Positions 38,089-48,319 of a stretch of 64,000 nt of DNA are shown here, piece by piece. This DNA is from an uncultured virus (IMG/VR IMGVR_UViG_3300035670_000036) (lineage: Duplodnaviria > Heunggongvirae > Uroviricota > Caudoviricetes), in IMG/VR virus record IMGVR_UViG_3300035670_000036; one strand, 5' to 3'. The position numbers and the translations under genes were made by a program. Every line of letters starts with the position of its first letter. The first letter of the stretch is position 1. A model generated the notes under the pieces. It was not told where the DNA came from, did not search any database, and saw nothing but the letters and a program-made list of their open reading frames with translations.

Positions 38089-39813
38089 ATGAACGAATTA
38101 CACGATTTAGCTAAAAAGCAAGGTTGGTCCATAGATGACATACCTGAGTGGGGTAATAATAGCTTATACCTAACAACTATACTTGGAGGTTACTTACAAA
38201 ATAAAGAAACTCCAAAAGAAGCCTATAATAGAATTGCCGGTACGGCTGCAAATTATTTAAATAAGCCCGAATTATTTTCTAAGTTTTTCGAGATACTTTG
38301 GAATGGTTGGTTAATACCATCTACCCCGGTAATGAGCAACTTTGGAACTAACAGAGGATTACCTATATCATGTTTTGGTGGGTATATAGGAGATTCTATG
38401 TACGATATATACAGAAAGAACCTTGAAATGGCTATATTATCTAAACACGGGGGAGGAACGGCTTATGATTTTTCAGAAATTAGACCTAAAGGAGCACCAA
38501 TAAAAGATGGATCCAACGGCACTACTGATGGAATTATACCTTTCATGAAGTCTTTTGATTCTACTATCATAGCGTCTAAGCAAGGTAAGATGAGAAGAGG
38601 TGCTGTAGCTTTATACCTATCCGCAAACCATCCTGAATTTTCGGACTTCTTGAAAATTAGAGAACCCAAGGGAGATATTAATAGACAATGTCATAATATT
38701 CACATGGGTGCTAAATTCTCCAATGATTTTATGGAGGAGGTCGTTAATAAGAATGGTAGCAAGAGAGAATTATGGTTGGAGCATATTAAAACTCGCGTTA
38801 AAACTGGAGAACCTTATACCTTTTTTACAGATAATGCTAACGCCAATCTCAAAAGTACATTTTCTACATATAATCTTAAGGTAAGACATAGTCAATTATG
38901 TGCAGAAATAATGCTACCTTCTGATGAAAATCACACTTTTGTATGTTGCTTATCTTCTATGAATTTGTATAAGTGGGAGGAGTGGTCGAAAACAGATGCA
39001 GTTTATTACGCTACTATATTTTTAGACGCAGTTATTTCTGAATTCTTAGACAAAGCCAAACACATACAAGGAATTGAAGACTCTATAAAATTTGCTGAAA
39101 AATCTAGGGCGTTAGGACTTGGAGCGTTGGGATGGGCTTCATTGCTACAAAAAATGAGAATTCCTTTTGTAGGCATACAAGCAACTTCACTAACTAGAGT
39201 TATCTTTAGTCACATGAAGGAAAAATCAGATAAGGCTTCTATGTGGATGGCTAATGAATTTGGTGAACCTACATGGTGTAAAGGTAGCGGTTACAGAAAT
39301 TTAACATGTATTGCCGTAGCACCTAATAGAAGCTCTTCTAAATTAGCCGGTGGTGTATCTCAAGGAATTGAGCCATTCGCAGCTAACTTATACATGGATG
39401 ACGACGCAAAAGGAGCGCATTTAAGAAGAAACCCGGATTTAGAGGCATTATTAGATGAAAAGGGATTAAATACTCCTCAAACATGGGATATAATTGCAGA
39501 AGATAAAGGATCTGTTAAAAATATAGATGGATTAACCGAAGAAGAAAAAGAGATATTTAGAACCTTTAAGGAAATTAATCAATTAGAACTAGTTAGACAA
39601 GCTGCCGTTAGACAAGAGTATATAGATCAAGGACAATCTTTGAATCTTGCTTTTTTCCACGACGCTCCTGCTAAATGGATAAATCAAGTACACATTGAAG
39701 CATGGAAACTAGGAATAAAAGCTCTGTATTACTTAAGATCTGAAAGTAACTTGAGAGCTGATAGTAAACAACAAAGAGATTTATATTCTGAATGTATTGT
39801 TTGCGAAGGATGA
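38089..39813 (+). CDS. nrdA: Ribonucleotide reductase class I alpha subunit (no ATP cone apparent)
   Basis: PSTPV, PISCF, GGG, RRGA, GEPY, QLCAEI, CCLSS, LGLG, APN.SS, IDQGQSLN, KALYY, C-terminal CIVCEG. Confidence 0.95.
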   Translation: MNELHDLAKKQGWSIDDIPEWGNNSLYLTTILGGYLQNKETPKEAYNRIAGTAANYLNKPELFSKFFEILWNGWLIPSTPVMSNFGTNRGLPISCFGGYIGDSMYDIYRKNLEMAILSKHGGGTAYDFSEIRPKGAPIKDGSNGTTDGIIPFMKSFDSTIIASKQGKMRRGAVALYLSANHPEFSDFLKIREPKGDINRQCHNIHMGAKFSNDFMEEVVNKNGSKRELWLEHIKTRVKTGEPYTFFTDNANANLKSTFSTYNLKVRHSQLCAEIMLPSDENHTFVCCLSSMNLYKWEEWSKTDAVYYATIFLDAVISEFLDKAKHIQGIEDSIKFAEKSRALGLGALGWASLLQKMRIPFVGIQATSLTRVIFSHMKEKSDKASMWMANEFGEPTWCKGSGYRNLTCIAVAPNRSSSKLAGGVSQGIEPFAANLYMDDDAKGAHLRRNPDLEALLDEKGLNTPQTWDIIAEDKGSVKNIDGLTEEEKEIFRTFKEINQLELVRQAAVRQEYIDQGQSLNLAFFHDAPAKWINQVHIEAWKLGIKALYYLRSESNLRADSKQQRDLYSECIVCEG

Positions 39814-39823
39814 TAATAAAATT

Positions 39824-39845
39824 AGAGAGGCTTTTTAGCCTCTCT
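39824..39845 (+). terminator. Hairpin after nrdA (probable terminator)
   Basis: AGAGAGGCT-tttt-AGCCTCTCT followed by tctt. Confidence 0.65.
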
Positions 39846-39891
39846 TCTTAAAACTATTATGTTGTTATTTGGTTATTATAAAAAAAACAAA

Positions 39892-40167
39892 ATGATGATC
39901 GGGCGTAAAAAGACGGAACTAGAAGAAATATTCGATAATTTGAAAGAATTAGTTATATACAAAGATGATAAATATAATGGGGCAGCGGATTCTCCATTAA
40001 ATATCTTTACAGGAAAGCATAAATATGGATATAGGATTGATGATAAATTAAAAAGAATTCAAACATCTTCCGAACTAAGAAAAAACGATATAGTTGATTT
40101 AGTTGGCTACATAGCATTAATATTAAGAGATAAAGAATGGACTAATTTTGATGATTTAAAAGATTGA
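39892..40167 (+). CDS. DUF1599 / nucleotide-modification-associated domain 1-like protein
   Basis: K...Y...A..P..IF...RIDDKLKRI...D...DLVGY..L pattern. Confidence 0.6.
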   Translation: MMIGRKKTELEEIFDNLKELVIYKDDKYNGAADSPLNIFTGKHKYGYRIDDKLKRIQTSSELRKNDIVDLVGYIALILRDKEWTNFDDLKD

Positions 40168-40176
40168 TTATATTCT

Positions 40177-40620
40177 ATGAGAGTATGTAATAGTTGTAAC
40201 ATAGAAAAGGAAGATGGAGATTTTCATTTAAAAGGAAGTGGAAAGAGAAGATGTGTTTGTAAGAAATGTTACAATAGTAACTGGAAGTATAGAGTATTAA
40301 ATAGCGTAATAGGGAGAGAGACTAGGAAAAAAGCAGAAACTGAAAGCGACGAAAGCAAAGAGAAGAGGTTTAGAGACAGGGAAATAAATGGTAATTTCCT
40401 AGAGAATTTAAGAGAAAAACAAAACGGAATGTGTTATTGGCTAAATATACCAATAGATTTTACAATGGAGGATAGATTAAGAAAGCCTAGTTTAGATAGG
40501 TTAGACAATAATATTGGATATCGTATAGATAATGTTGTCTTAACTACAGTTTTTGCTAACACTGGAAGAAGAGACGCTACAGTAGAAGAGATGTTAAAAT
40601 TTATTGCGGATTATTTATAG
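40177..40620 (+). CDS. Zn-finger / HNH-like (EndoVII-type) endonuclease
   Basis: CNSC..EK...F, CKKC, QNGMCY, PSLDRLDNNIGY..DNVVL...N. Confidence 0.7.
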   Translation: MRVCNSCNIEKEDGDFHLKGSGKRRCVCKKCYNSNWKYRVLNSVIGRETRKKAETESDESKEKRFRDREINGNFLENLREKQNGMCYWLNIPIDFTMEDRLRKPSLDRLDNNIGYRIDNVVLTTVFANTGRRDATVEEMLKFIADYL

Positions 40621-40647
40621 TATGTTTAGTTTTTATAAAAAAAGGTT

Positions 40648-43005
40648 ATGGCAATTATAAAAAATTATATTACATGTAAAAACTTAGATGAAGTAAAAGA
40701 TTTAGCTGAAAAGATAAATAATTACAATATCATAAGTTTTGACGTAGAATCGACGGGTCTTAACGTAAGAAAAGATCTTATCGTAGGTATATCATTTGGT
40801 TTTGAACCTGGATTATCTTATTATTTGCCTACTTATGAATGGTCAGTAGAAAAACAAGAATTACTTGCTTTATCTATAGATTCATACAGTAATGTTAAAT
40901 TAGCTAAAGGCCTTATTAATAAATTATTAGGTAAGAAACTAATAATGCATAATGCTTCTTATGATACCTCTATTGTTCTAAGTAATTATGGGATTGATTT
41001 GCTCCCATCTTTACACGCAGATACTATTTTATTAGTGCATACAACTAGAGAAGAGGGTTCTGTAGGATACGGTAGGCCTTTTGCTCTTAAGTCTATCGGA
41101 AAACTTGTTCAAAAGTATATAGATTTAGATGTAGATAAAGAAGCAAACGAGGAACAGATTTTGATGAAAGAATCTGTAAAAAACAATGGAGGTCTTATAA
41201 CCCAGGATAATTTTGAGATATATAAAGCTGATTTAAATATTTTATCTAAGTATGCTTGTGCGGACACCGATTTAACATTAAGAATTTTCTTACTTTTTTC
41301 TAAGGTATTAGAAAAAGAAGGACTAGAAGATTTTTTCTATAATATCGAAGTAATGCCTTTGTATAAAGAAGTTACTGTTCCTATGGAAAGAGAGGGAATT
41401 CTGATGGACTTTGATAAGATTAAAGGAGCGCAAGCAGATATTATCGAAGATATAAAATCTATAAAAGAAGAGGTGTATGCTTCATTAAGGGAATCTAGTG
41501 AGTTTAAAAGTTGGGTTTACTTTACCGCTAACAGCAAATACCCTCCTTTCAAAAAAGAAGGAGACACATGGATTCCAGCAAGAGGAGCTATCCTTCCGGA
41601 ACTTGTTAAATTAGCGGGTATCTCAAATCATTTTTTAAATGATAAAAATGAAATAAAAATACTAAAAAATAAAGTTTTAACTTTACCTGAAAACGAGGTA
41701 AAAAAGTATCTTTTAGGAGAATCATTTTCTCCTACATCTGTCTCCGATAATCTTAAAAAACTTCTAGCTTTTTCTTCTGTCAATTTATGGAAAAAATCTA
41801 ACGATAACGAACTTATAAATATTAACTCAAAACAACAATTAGCTTCTTTTGTATTTAATTTTTTAAACGAAAAACCCATAACATATACTGATAAAGGAGC
41901 AGCACAATTTAATGAATCTTTTGTAGAAACAATAAGTGATAAATACGATTGGAGCAAAAAATTAACTGTGTACAACAAGCTGAATAAACTAAAATCAGCA
42001 TATATGGATAGATTTTTAGACAGTTGTGAAGATGGAAGATATTACTTTTACTATCAACAACATGGAACTGTTTCTGGAAGATATAGTAGTGATGCACAAC
42101 AACTACCTAGACCTTTTGAATCAGATCAAGGAATAGATCCTAGAGTTTACAAATATACGAATATGATTAGAACCTTTTTTATTTGTGATGAGGGTACTAC
42201 TTTTATAGACTGTGATTATGTTAGTTTAGAGCCTCATATATTTGCTCACATAAGTGGGGATGAAGGCCTTAGAGATATATTCAGGAAGAATTGGGATTTT
42301 TATTCTCGAATAGCAATAGACACCGAAAAATTATCGCAATACTCGGCAGATCCGGAGGATAGTAATTTTTTAAAGAAAGCTAATAAGACTTTAAGAAATA
42401 AAGCAAAAAGTTATTCTCTCGGTATTCCTTATGGAATGTCTGCATTTGCTTTAAGTAAAACCATAGATGTTTCAACTAAAGAAGCAAAATTATTAATAGA
42501 TGGGTATTTAAATGCATATCCGGAACTTAAAAAATGGATGGTAGAAAGTGAAGAGTTTGTAAAAAATAATGGATATATTAAATGCCAATCCGGAAGAATA
42601 AGACATTTACCAAAAGTAAAAGAATATTATACAAAATTCAAAGACAAGCTACTTGATTATGATTTTAGAGAAAGCCTAAAAAGAGATTTCAGCGAGAAAG
42701 AAATTTTAGACATGTATAGAGATTATAAGAATGGATTAAACAATGCTAAGAACATTCAAATACAGTCTATGGCAGCTCATATAGTAAATAAATCTGCATT
42801 ATTAGTTAATAGAGAATTTATAAAACGAGGAATTAAAGGATTAGTCGTAGCACAAATCCATGATCAGTTAATATTCAAGGTGGAAAATTCTAGGAAAGAT
42901 GAAGCATTAGATATAGTCCAAGATATAATGGAAAACTCTACAAAATTGAGTATAGACCTAAAAGCACCTCCTGAATTATCTAAAAATTGGCAAGAAGGAC
43001 ATTAA
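40648..43005 (+). CDS. polA: Family A DNA polymerase with 3'-5' exonuclease
   Basis: ExoI FDVESTG, ExoII HNASYD, ExoIII YACAD; GTVSGRYSS; motif A DCDYVSLE; motif B RNKAKSYSLGIPYG; motif C QIHDQL. Confidence 0.95.
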   Translation: MAIIKNYITCKNLDEVKDLAEKINNYNIISFDVESTGLNVRKDLIVGISFGFEPGLSYYLPTYEWSVEKQELLALSIDSYSNVKLAKGLINKLLGKKLIMHNASYDTSIVLSNYGIDLLPSLHADTILLVHTTREEGSVGYGRPFALKSIGKLVQKYIDLDVDKEANEEQILMKESVKNNGGLITQDNFEIYKADLNILSKYACADTDLTLRIFLLFSKVLEKEGLEDFFYNIEVMPLYKEVTVPMEREGILMDFDKIKGAQADIIEDIKSIKEEVYASLRESSEFKSWVYFTANSKYPPFKKEGDTWIPARGAILPELVKLAGISNHFLNDKNEIKILKNKVLTLPENEVKKYLLGESFSPTSVSDNLKKLLAFSSVNLWKKSNDNELININSKQQLASFVFNFLNEKPITYTDKGAAQFNESFVETISDKYDWSKKLTVYNKLNKLKSAYMDRFLDSCEDGRYYFYYQQHGTVSGRYSSDAQQLPRPFESDQGIDPRVYKYTNMIRTFFICDEGTTFIDCDYVSLEPHIFAHISGDEGLRDIFRKNWDFYSRIAIDTEKLSQYSADPEDSNFLKKANKTLRNKAKSYSLGIPYGMSAFALSKTIDVSTKEAKLLIDGYLNAYPELKKWMVESEEFVKNNGYIKCQSGRIRHLPKVKEYYTKFKDKLLDYDFRESLKRDFSEKEILDMYRDYKNGLNNAKNIQIQSMAAHIVNKSALLVNREFIKRGIKGLVVAQIHDQLIFKVENSRKDEALDIVQDIMENSTKLSIDLKAPPELSKNWQEGH

Positions 43006-43080
43006 ATAATAATTATGAACTAATTATTATAGAACTTAGAACTTTTTATTTACTTTAACGTTTTATTAAAAACTAAAAGA

Positions 43081-43302
43081 ATGAATTTACCACCAATGGA
43101 ACCTGCAAAAATACAGATAACTCCGGAACAAATGGATTCTATCTGCTGTGACGCTTGCGAACATGAGTATTTTAAACAAGTTTTAATTCTCAAAAGGATT
43201 AGTAAATTGTATACTGGTACTACAAAAGATAAAGTTGTCACTATGCCTGCATTTGTATGCGACGCTTGCGGAGAGCCTATAGATATGGAAAAATTGTCAT
43301 AA
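43081..43302 (+). CDS. Small zinc-ribbon protein
   Basis: CDACEH...CDACGE. Confidence 0.75.
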   Translation: MNLPPMEPAKIQITPEQMDSICCDACEHEYFKQVLILKRISKLYTGTTKDKVVTMPAFVCDACGEPIDMEKLS

Positions 43303-43311
43303 GTAAAATAA

Positions 43312-44265
43312 ATGGTTTTGGAAGATTTAAAATTAAAGTTGAACGAGGCTATAGTTTTTGCTAATGAAGTAAAACAAAAACCTCACAGGCATGTTTCATT
43401 CTCTCAGTTTTCTATGTATAGTCAATGTGCTAAAAAATGGTTCTTGAGCTACGCGTTAAAGTTAGGGACGAGACCTCCTTCTATACACATGACTTTTGGC
43501 ACAGCTTTTCATGAAGTACTACAAGAGTATATAACTTTATACCATGAAAAAAGCACTAAAGAAAATGAAAAAGTTAATTTTGATACAGAGTTAATAAATA
43601 AAATAAAAGAGATATATAAGAGAGATTTTAATAATTATGGGAAGCATTTTTCCACGAGTTCAGAATTATCTGAATTTTGTGAACAGGGTGTAAAAATCCT
43701 AAATCATATAAGAAGTAACTATAATTCATATTACGATAGACAAAATTGGACGCTTTTAGGCGTTGAGGTTCCTCTGATGATAAAAATATTAAATTCAGAG
43801 GAACCTCTCTATTTTATTCTTTTTATAGATTTATTATTCTATGACAAGCTAAATAATACTTTAATAATAGATGATATAAAAACTTCGGGAAAAGGATGGA
43901 GTTCTTATTCTAAGAAAGATAAAATAAAGACTTCTCAAGTATTACTGTACAAGGCTTTTCTATCTAAGAGTTTAGGGTTAGATTATGAAAAAATAGATAC
44001 TAGATTTACCATTGTAAGAAGAATAACAGATGCTTATGACTTTCCTCTTAGCAGAGTACAACTATTTAAACCCGCTCAATCAAAAAAATCTACTGATTTA
44101 GCTTTAGATAATTTTAAAAGTTTCGTAAAAACAGTATTTGATAAAGAAGGTAATTATAGACATGATATTGAATATCCAGCCGTAAAGGGAAATAATTGTT
44201 TTAATTGTAATTACTGTGAATTTAATGATAGACATGATATTTGTCCTGTAGAGAATAGATTATAA
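43312..44265 (+). CDS. PD-(D/E)XK exonuclease, Cas4/AddB-like with Fe-S cysteines
   Basis: SFSQF..Y.QC, FGTAFH, EVPL, IDLL, IIDDIKTS, Q..LY, C..C.YC...CP. Confidence 0.85.
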   Translation: MVLEDLKLKLNEAIVFANEVKQKPHRHVSFSQFSMYSQCAKKWFLSYALKLGTRPPSIHMTFGTAFHEVLQEYITLYHEKSTKENEKVNFDTELINKIKEIYKRDFNNYGKHFSTSSELSEFCEQGVKILNHIRSNYNSYYDRQNWTLLGVEVPLMIKILNSEEPLYFILFIDLLFYDKLNNTLIIDDIKTSGKGWSSYSKKDKIKTSQVLLYKAFLSKSLGLDYEKIDTRFTIVRRITDAYDFPLSRVQLFKPAQSKKSTDLALDNFKSFVKTVFDKEGNYRHDIEYPAVKGNNCFNCNYCEFNDRHDICPVENRL

Positions 44266-44283
44266 AATTATAAATTACATAAA

Positions 44284-45780
44284 ATGAATTTTGAATTACC
44301 TAAACTAAGGAAAATAACCAATAGACCAAAGAAGAAAAAAATACTTCTTCTTTCGGATGACCTGCGTCTAAATTCGGGTATTGGTGTAATGTCTAGGGAA
44401 CTCGTTGTTGGGACGGCAAAATACTTTGATTGGGTTCAACTAGGTGCCGCTATCAAAAACCCTGATGCGGGTAAAATAATTGATGTCTCAGAGGATGTTA
44501 ACAAAGAAATGGGTATTGATGATGCTAGTGTGTTAATCTACCCCAATAATGGATACGGAGATCCTCAAAAATTGAGGGAAGTTATTTCCAGAGAATCGCC
44601 TGATGCAATATTGCATTTTACGGATCCTCGTTTTTGGGAATGGTTATATGACATGGAGAGAGAAATTAGAACATCTATTCCTTTAATGTACTATAATATA
44701 TGGGACGATTTACCATACCCTCATTGGAATGCAGAATTTTACGCATCATGTGATTTTATATTCAACATTTCCAAACAGACTCATAATTTAGTTAATGTAG
44801 TTTTAGAAGAGAACGAGTATAAATCTCATGACTTAGATTCTGGAATGCCTGAAAATTTTTCGAATGACACAACATATACTGCTTATATCCCACATGGAAT
44901 AAACAATAAGCATATCTATAAAATATCAGAGAAGAGCGAAGTATTTGAAGAGTACACGAAATACATATCTGAGTTCAAAAAAGAAACTCCAACAGATTTC
45001 TTAGTATTTTGGAACAATAGGAACATAAGGAGAAAACAACCAGGAGATGTCATACTTGCTTTTAGTAAATTTTGCGAACTTTTAAAAAATTACAACAAAG
45101 CTAGTAGATGTGTATTGGTTATGCATACAGACCCTATTGATGGAAACGGGACAGATTTAATAGCTACTGTAAAAGCCATAAACCCAATAGGTAAAGTAAT
45201 TTTTTCAGATAAGAAAATAGACACTAAAACTCTAAATTTTTGGTATAATTTTGCCGATGTTGTTGTAAATATAGCATCTAACGAAGGTTTTGGATTATCA
45301 GGAGCTGAAGCTATAATGGCCGGAACTCCAATTATAAATAATGTTACAGGAGGACTACAGGATCAATGTGGATTTGTGGACAGTAAAGGAAATCACATGA
45401 AGTTTACAAAAGATTTTCCTACAAATCATTCAGGAGTTCTTAGAAACCATGGAGAATGGGCTTATCCTATATTTCCTAGTAATAGATCTTTGCAGGGCTC
45501 TCCTGCTACTCCATATATTTTTGATGATAGGGTTTCTTTTGAAGATGTAGCTATAGCTCTTTTACATTGGTATAATATTCCAAGAATAGAAAGAAAGGCA
45601 TTAGGAAGTAAAGGTATAGACTTTGCACTAAGTCCTGAAATAGGCATGTCTGCTGAAGAAATGAGCAATAGATTTATCAAAAACATAGGTATAGCTTTAG
45701 AAAACTGGAAACCTAGATCTAGGTTCTCACTTCACAAAATAAAACCGGAAAAAAACAATAAAGCAATAGGAATTTTATGA
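44284..45780 (+). CDS. Glycosyltransferase, GT-B/GT4-like
   Basis: LLLSDD...SG, PHGIN, NRNIRRKQPGD, NEGFGLSGAEAIMAGTPII..TGGLQDQ. Confidence 0.88.
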   Translation: MNFELPKLRKITNRPKKKKILLLSDDLRLNSGIGVMSRELVVGTAKYFDWVQLGAAIKNPDAGKIIDVSEDVNKEMGIDDASVLIYPNNGYGDPQKLREVISRESPDAILHFTDPRFWEWLYDMEREIRTSIPLMYYNIWDDLPYPHWNAEFYASCDFIFNISKQTHNLVNVVLEENEYKSHDLDSGMPENFSNDTTYTAYIPHGINNKHIYKISEKSEVFEEYTKYISEFKKETPTDFLVFWNNRNIRRKQPGDVILAFSKFCELLKNYNKASRCVLVMHTDPIDGNGTDLIATVKAINPIGKVIFSDKKIDTKTLNFWYNFADVVVNIASNEGFGLSGAEAIMAGTPIINNVTGGLQDQCGFVDSKGNHMKFTKDFPTNHSGVLRNHGEWAYPIFPSNRSLQGSPATPYIFDDRVSFEDVAIALLHWYNIPRIERKALGSKGIDFALSPEIGMSAEEMSNRFIKNIGIALENWKPRSRFSLHKIKPEKNNKAIGIL

Positions 45781-47066
45781 AAAAGAAAGTAACTCTAGTA
45801 GCACCTGTATATACAGCTTCAGGATATGGAGCACATGGTAGAGATATTGCCTGGGCATTAATAGCATTACAGGATAAGTACGATTTAAAGATTGTCTCTA
45901 CGGCATGGGGAAATACACCGACCAATGCACTAGACAAGAATAATCCAAATGATTTAGAGATTATAAAAAGAATTGTACCTAAAACCGACGCAAACGACGA
46001 TATTTTCATACAACTAACTATTCCTAATGAGTTTGTTAGATGCGGGAAGTATAATATAGGATTTACTGCTGGAATTGAAACAGACATGTGTGCTCCTAAA
46101 TGGATTGAAGGATGTAATAACATGGACATGCTTCTTACAACATCTAAACATTCTCTGGATGTCATAAATGATTCTGTATTTGACAAAGTAAACAAGAATA
46201 CAAATCAGCTAGAAGGGACTCTAAAGCTCAGAGATGGCCTCAGAAAGGAGATATTATTTGAGGGGGTTGATACAACAGTATATACAAATAAAATGGATCC
46301 TGATGAAGATATGAGGATTCTAGACCATGTTAAAGAAGATTTCTGTTATCTATTTGTAGGACATTGGCTTCAAGGTTCTTTTGGGAATGATAGAAAGAAT
46401 GTAGGAGCCATGATAAAAGTATTCTTTGATACATTTAAAAGAATGCCCGCGGATAATAGGCCGGCGTTAATACTAAAAACTAGTGGAGGTAAATACTCGG
46501 TAGGTGATTTAAACGAAATACAATCTAAAATCAGGTCTATAATAGACGGAGAGGAAGGGCCTAATATTTATATACTTCACGGAGATTTATCTGATGGAGA
46601 AATGAATAACCTATATAATGACCCAAAGGTAAAGGCGATGATTTCTTTTACTAAGGGAGAGGGGTATGGCAGACCTTTAGCAGAATTTTCTGTAACTGGG
46701 AAGCCTATTATTGCTTCTAATTGGTCCGGACATCTTGATTTTTTACATCCAAAATATTCTTCTCTACTCCCGGGCAGATTAGAGCCAGTAGATAGATCTG
46801 TATTGAATGAGTGGTTTATTCAAGAGGCAAAGTGGTTTACTGTTGATTATATGTATTCGGCTGGGGTTATTGCGGATGTTTTCACAAGATATAAAAAACA
46901 CAAAGAAAACGCGGAGAAGCAAAGAGTACATACACTAACTCATTTTTCTTTTGAGAAAATGGTAGATAAGTTAGAGGAAATCTTAGATTCCATTGAGACA
47001 AATCAGTCTAGCAATCAACCTAAATTAAATACATTAAAATTACCAAAACTAAAACTAGTAGAATGA
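45777..47066 (+). CDS. Glycosyltransferase, GT-B/GT4-like
   Basis: SGYGAHGR, DRKNVG, LILKT, KGEGYGRPLAEF...GKPIIASNWSGHLDF. Confidence 0.88.
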   Translation: MKKKVTLVAPVYTASGYGAHGRDIAWALIALQDKYDLKIVSTAWGNTPTNALDKNNPNDLEIIKRIVPKTDANDDIFIQLTIPNEFVRCGKYNIGFTAGIETDMCAPKWIEGCNNMDMLLTTSKHSLDVINDSVFDKVNKNTNQLEGTLKLRDGLRKEILFEGVDTTVYTNKMDPDEDMRILDHVKEDFCYLFVGHWLQGSFGNDRKNVGAMIKVFFDTFKRMPADNRPALILKTSGGKYSVGDLNEIQSKIRSIIDGEEGPNIYILHGDLSDGEMNNLYNDPKVKAMISFTKGEGYGRPLAEFSVTGKPIIASNWSGHLDFLHPKYSSLLPGRLEPVDRSVLNEWFIQEAKWFTVDYMYSAGVIADVFTRYKKHKENAEKQRVHTLTHFSFEKMVDKLEEILDSIETNQSSNQPKLNTLKLPKLKLVE

Positions 47067-47530
47067 TTAGCGAAACATTAGAAGAGAAATCTCCTATAAC
47101 AGGAAAAGATGAAGTTATTGTTGAACTCACTGACTCTGGGATTCTTACCAAATTGTGTATGGGCAGCGGCTACTATACAGACTCAAGTCTTGTTCTTGGG
47201 TCGGATAATCAGATTCAGTATGAGTCGACGCTGCCCCGGATTTGCATCGACAAGAGGCACATTGACGTGGATAACAGCGTTTGGTACCCCTTTATTTTCT
47301 CGTTAGACAAGGCGGTTATTTTTCCGGACGAGGGTGATAATCGAAAATTAGTATGGAAAGTTTGCGCTATTGTGGACTTCACTAAGGACGACATTAAATC
47401 GTACCCTAATGCAGAAATTCAAAGGAAAGTAGATGTGGACAACGCTATTGAATTTGAATCGACCGGTTTTGCCTTAGCTTTTGAGAAACTTTATGAATTA
47501 AACGCTCCAAAATACAGAGAAATTGGATAA
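47063..47530 (+). CDS. Hypothetical protein
   Basis: 155-aa ORF coupled to both flanking GT genes. Confidence 0.7.
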   Translation: MISETLEEKSPITGKDEVIVELTDSGILTKLCMGSGYYTDSSLVLGSDNQIQYESTLPRICIDKRHIDVDNSVWYPFIFSLDKAVIFPDEGDNRKLVWKVCAIVDFTKDDIKSYPNAEIQRKVDVDNAIEFESTGFALAFEKLYELNAPKYREIG

Positions 47531-48293
47531 CATATTTATTTCCTACTGTGTTACTGCCTGCAACGAGAACGAGGAATTGTTTATATTGCTTTCCCAGTTA
47601 GAAGGTGTATTAGGCGTAGACGCAGAGATTATAGTACAGACCGATTCTTCTAAAGTGACTAAAGATGTTCTGCATGTAATTAATAATCATGACATCTCGG
47701 ATTCTATAAAGCATGTAAATTTTCCATTGAACGGAGATTTTGCAACATTTAAAAACAATTTATTCAAACATGCAAGGGGAGAATGGATTTTTCAAATTGA
47801 TGCAGATGAATTGTTGAATCATTATTTGCTTTATAATGTCAGAGAATTGTTGGAGATTAATGAAGACATGGAGATGATTGCTGTTCCTAGAGTGAATATA
47901 GTAGAGGGTCTTACGCAGGATTGGATAAATCAATGGAGATGGAATATAAGTAAACAGGAAAATGCTATAGGTTCTACTACGGAGCCTATAAGTATTTACA
48001 GTGAGTTTTATAAGGTTCTTGAGATAAATAATCTGATTAAAGAGGATTATAAGGTAAATGATAAAGGAGATAGTAGAATAGTTGTTTACCATAAGCCCAT
48101 TATTAATTTTCCTGATTATCAAACTAGGATTTACAGGAACAAGGATAGTATAAGATTTAAGAATAAGGTACATGAGGTAATTGATGGATATTCACATTAC
48201 TCTGCTATTCCTAGTGATTGGGATTGGTGCTTATTACATGTTAAGGATATTAGTAAGCAGATAAGTCAAAATGAAATGTATTCTAAATTATAA
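47523..48293 (+). CDS. Glycosyltransferase, GT2-like (TTG start)
   Basis: ISYCVTACNE, DFATFKN, GEWIFQIDADE (DxD), PDYQTRIYRN, KVHE. Confidence 0.85.
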   Translation: MDNIFISYCVTACNENEELFILLSQLEGVLGVDAEIIVQTDSSKVTKDVLHVINNHDISDSIKHVNFPLNGDFATFKNNLFKHARGEWIFQIDADELLNHYLLYNVRELLEINEDMEMIAVPRVNIVEGLTQDWINQWRWNISKQENAIGSTTEPISIYSEFYKVLEINNLIKEDYKVNDKGDSRIVVYHKPIINFPDYQTRIYRNKDSIRFKNKVHEVIDGYSHYSAIPSDWDWCLLHVKDISKQISQNEMYSKL

Positions 48294-48319
48294 TATGATT
48301 ATTCCTAAATGTTGAACTT

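Noticed and set aside
1712..43005. Inteins or group I introns in terminase, helicase, RNR or polymerase
   Set aside because: The ORFs are uninterrupted and of ordinary length, with no intein-like splice motifs noticed.
43312..44265. Cas4-like nuclease as evidence of a CRISPR-Cas system
   Set aside because: No array or other cas genes were seen; solo Cas4-like exonucleases are common in phage replication modules.
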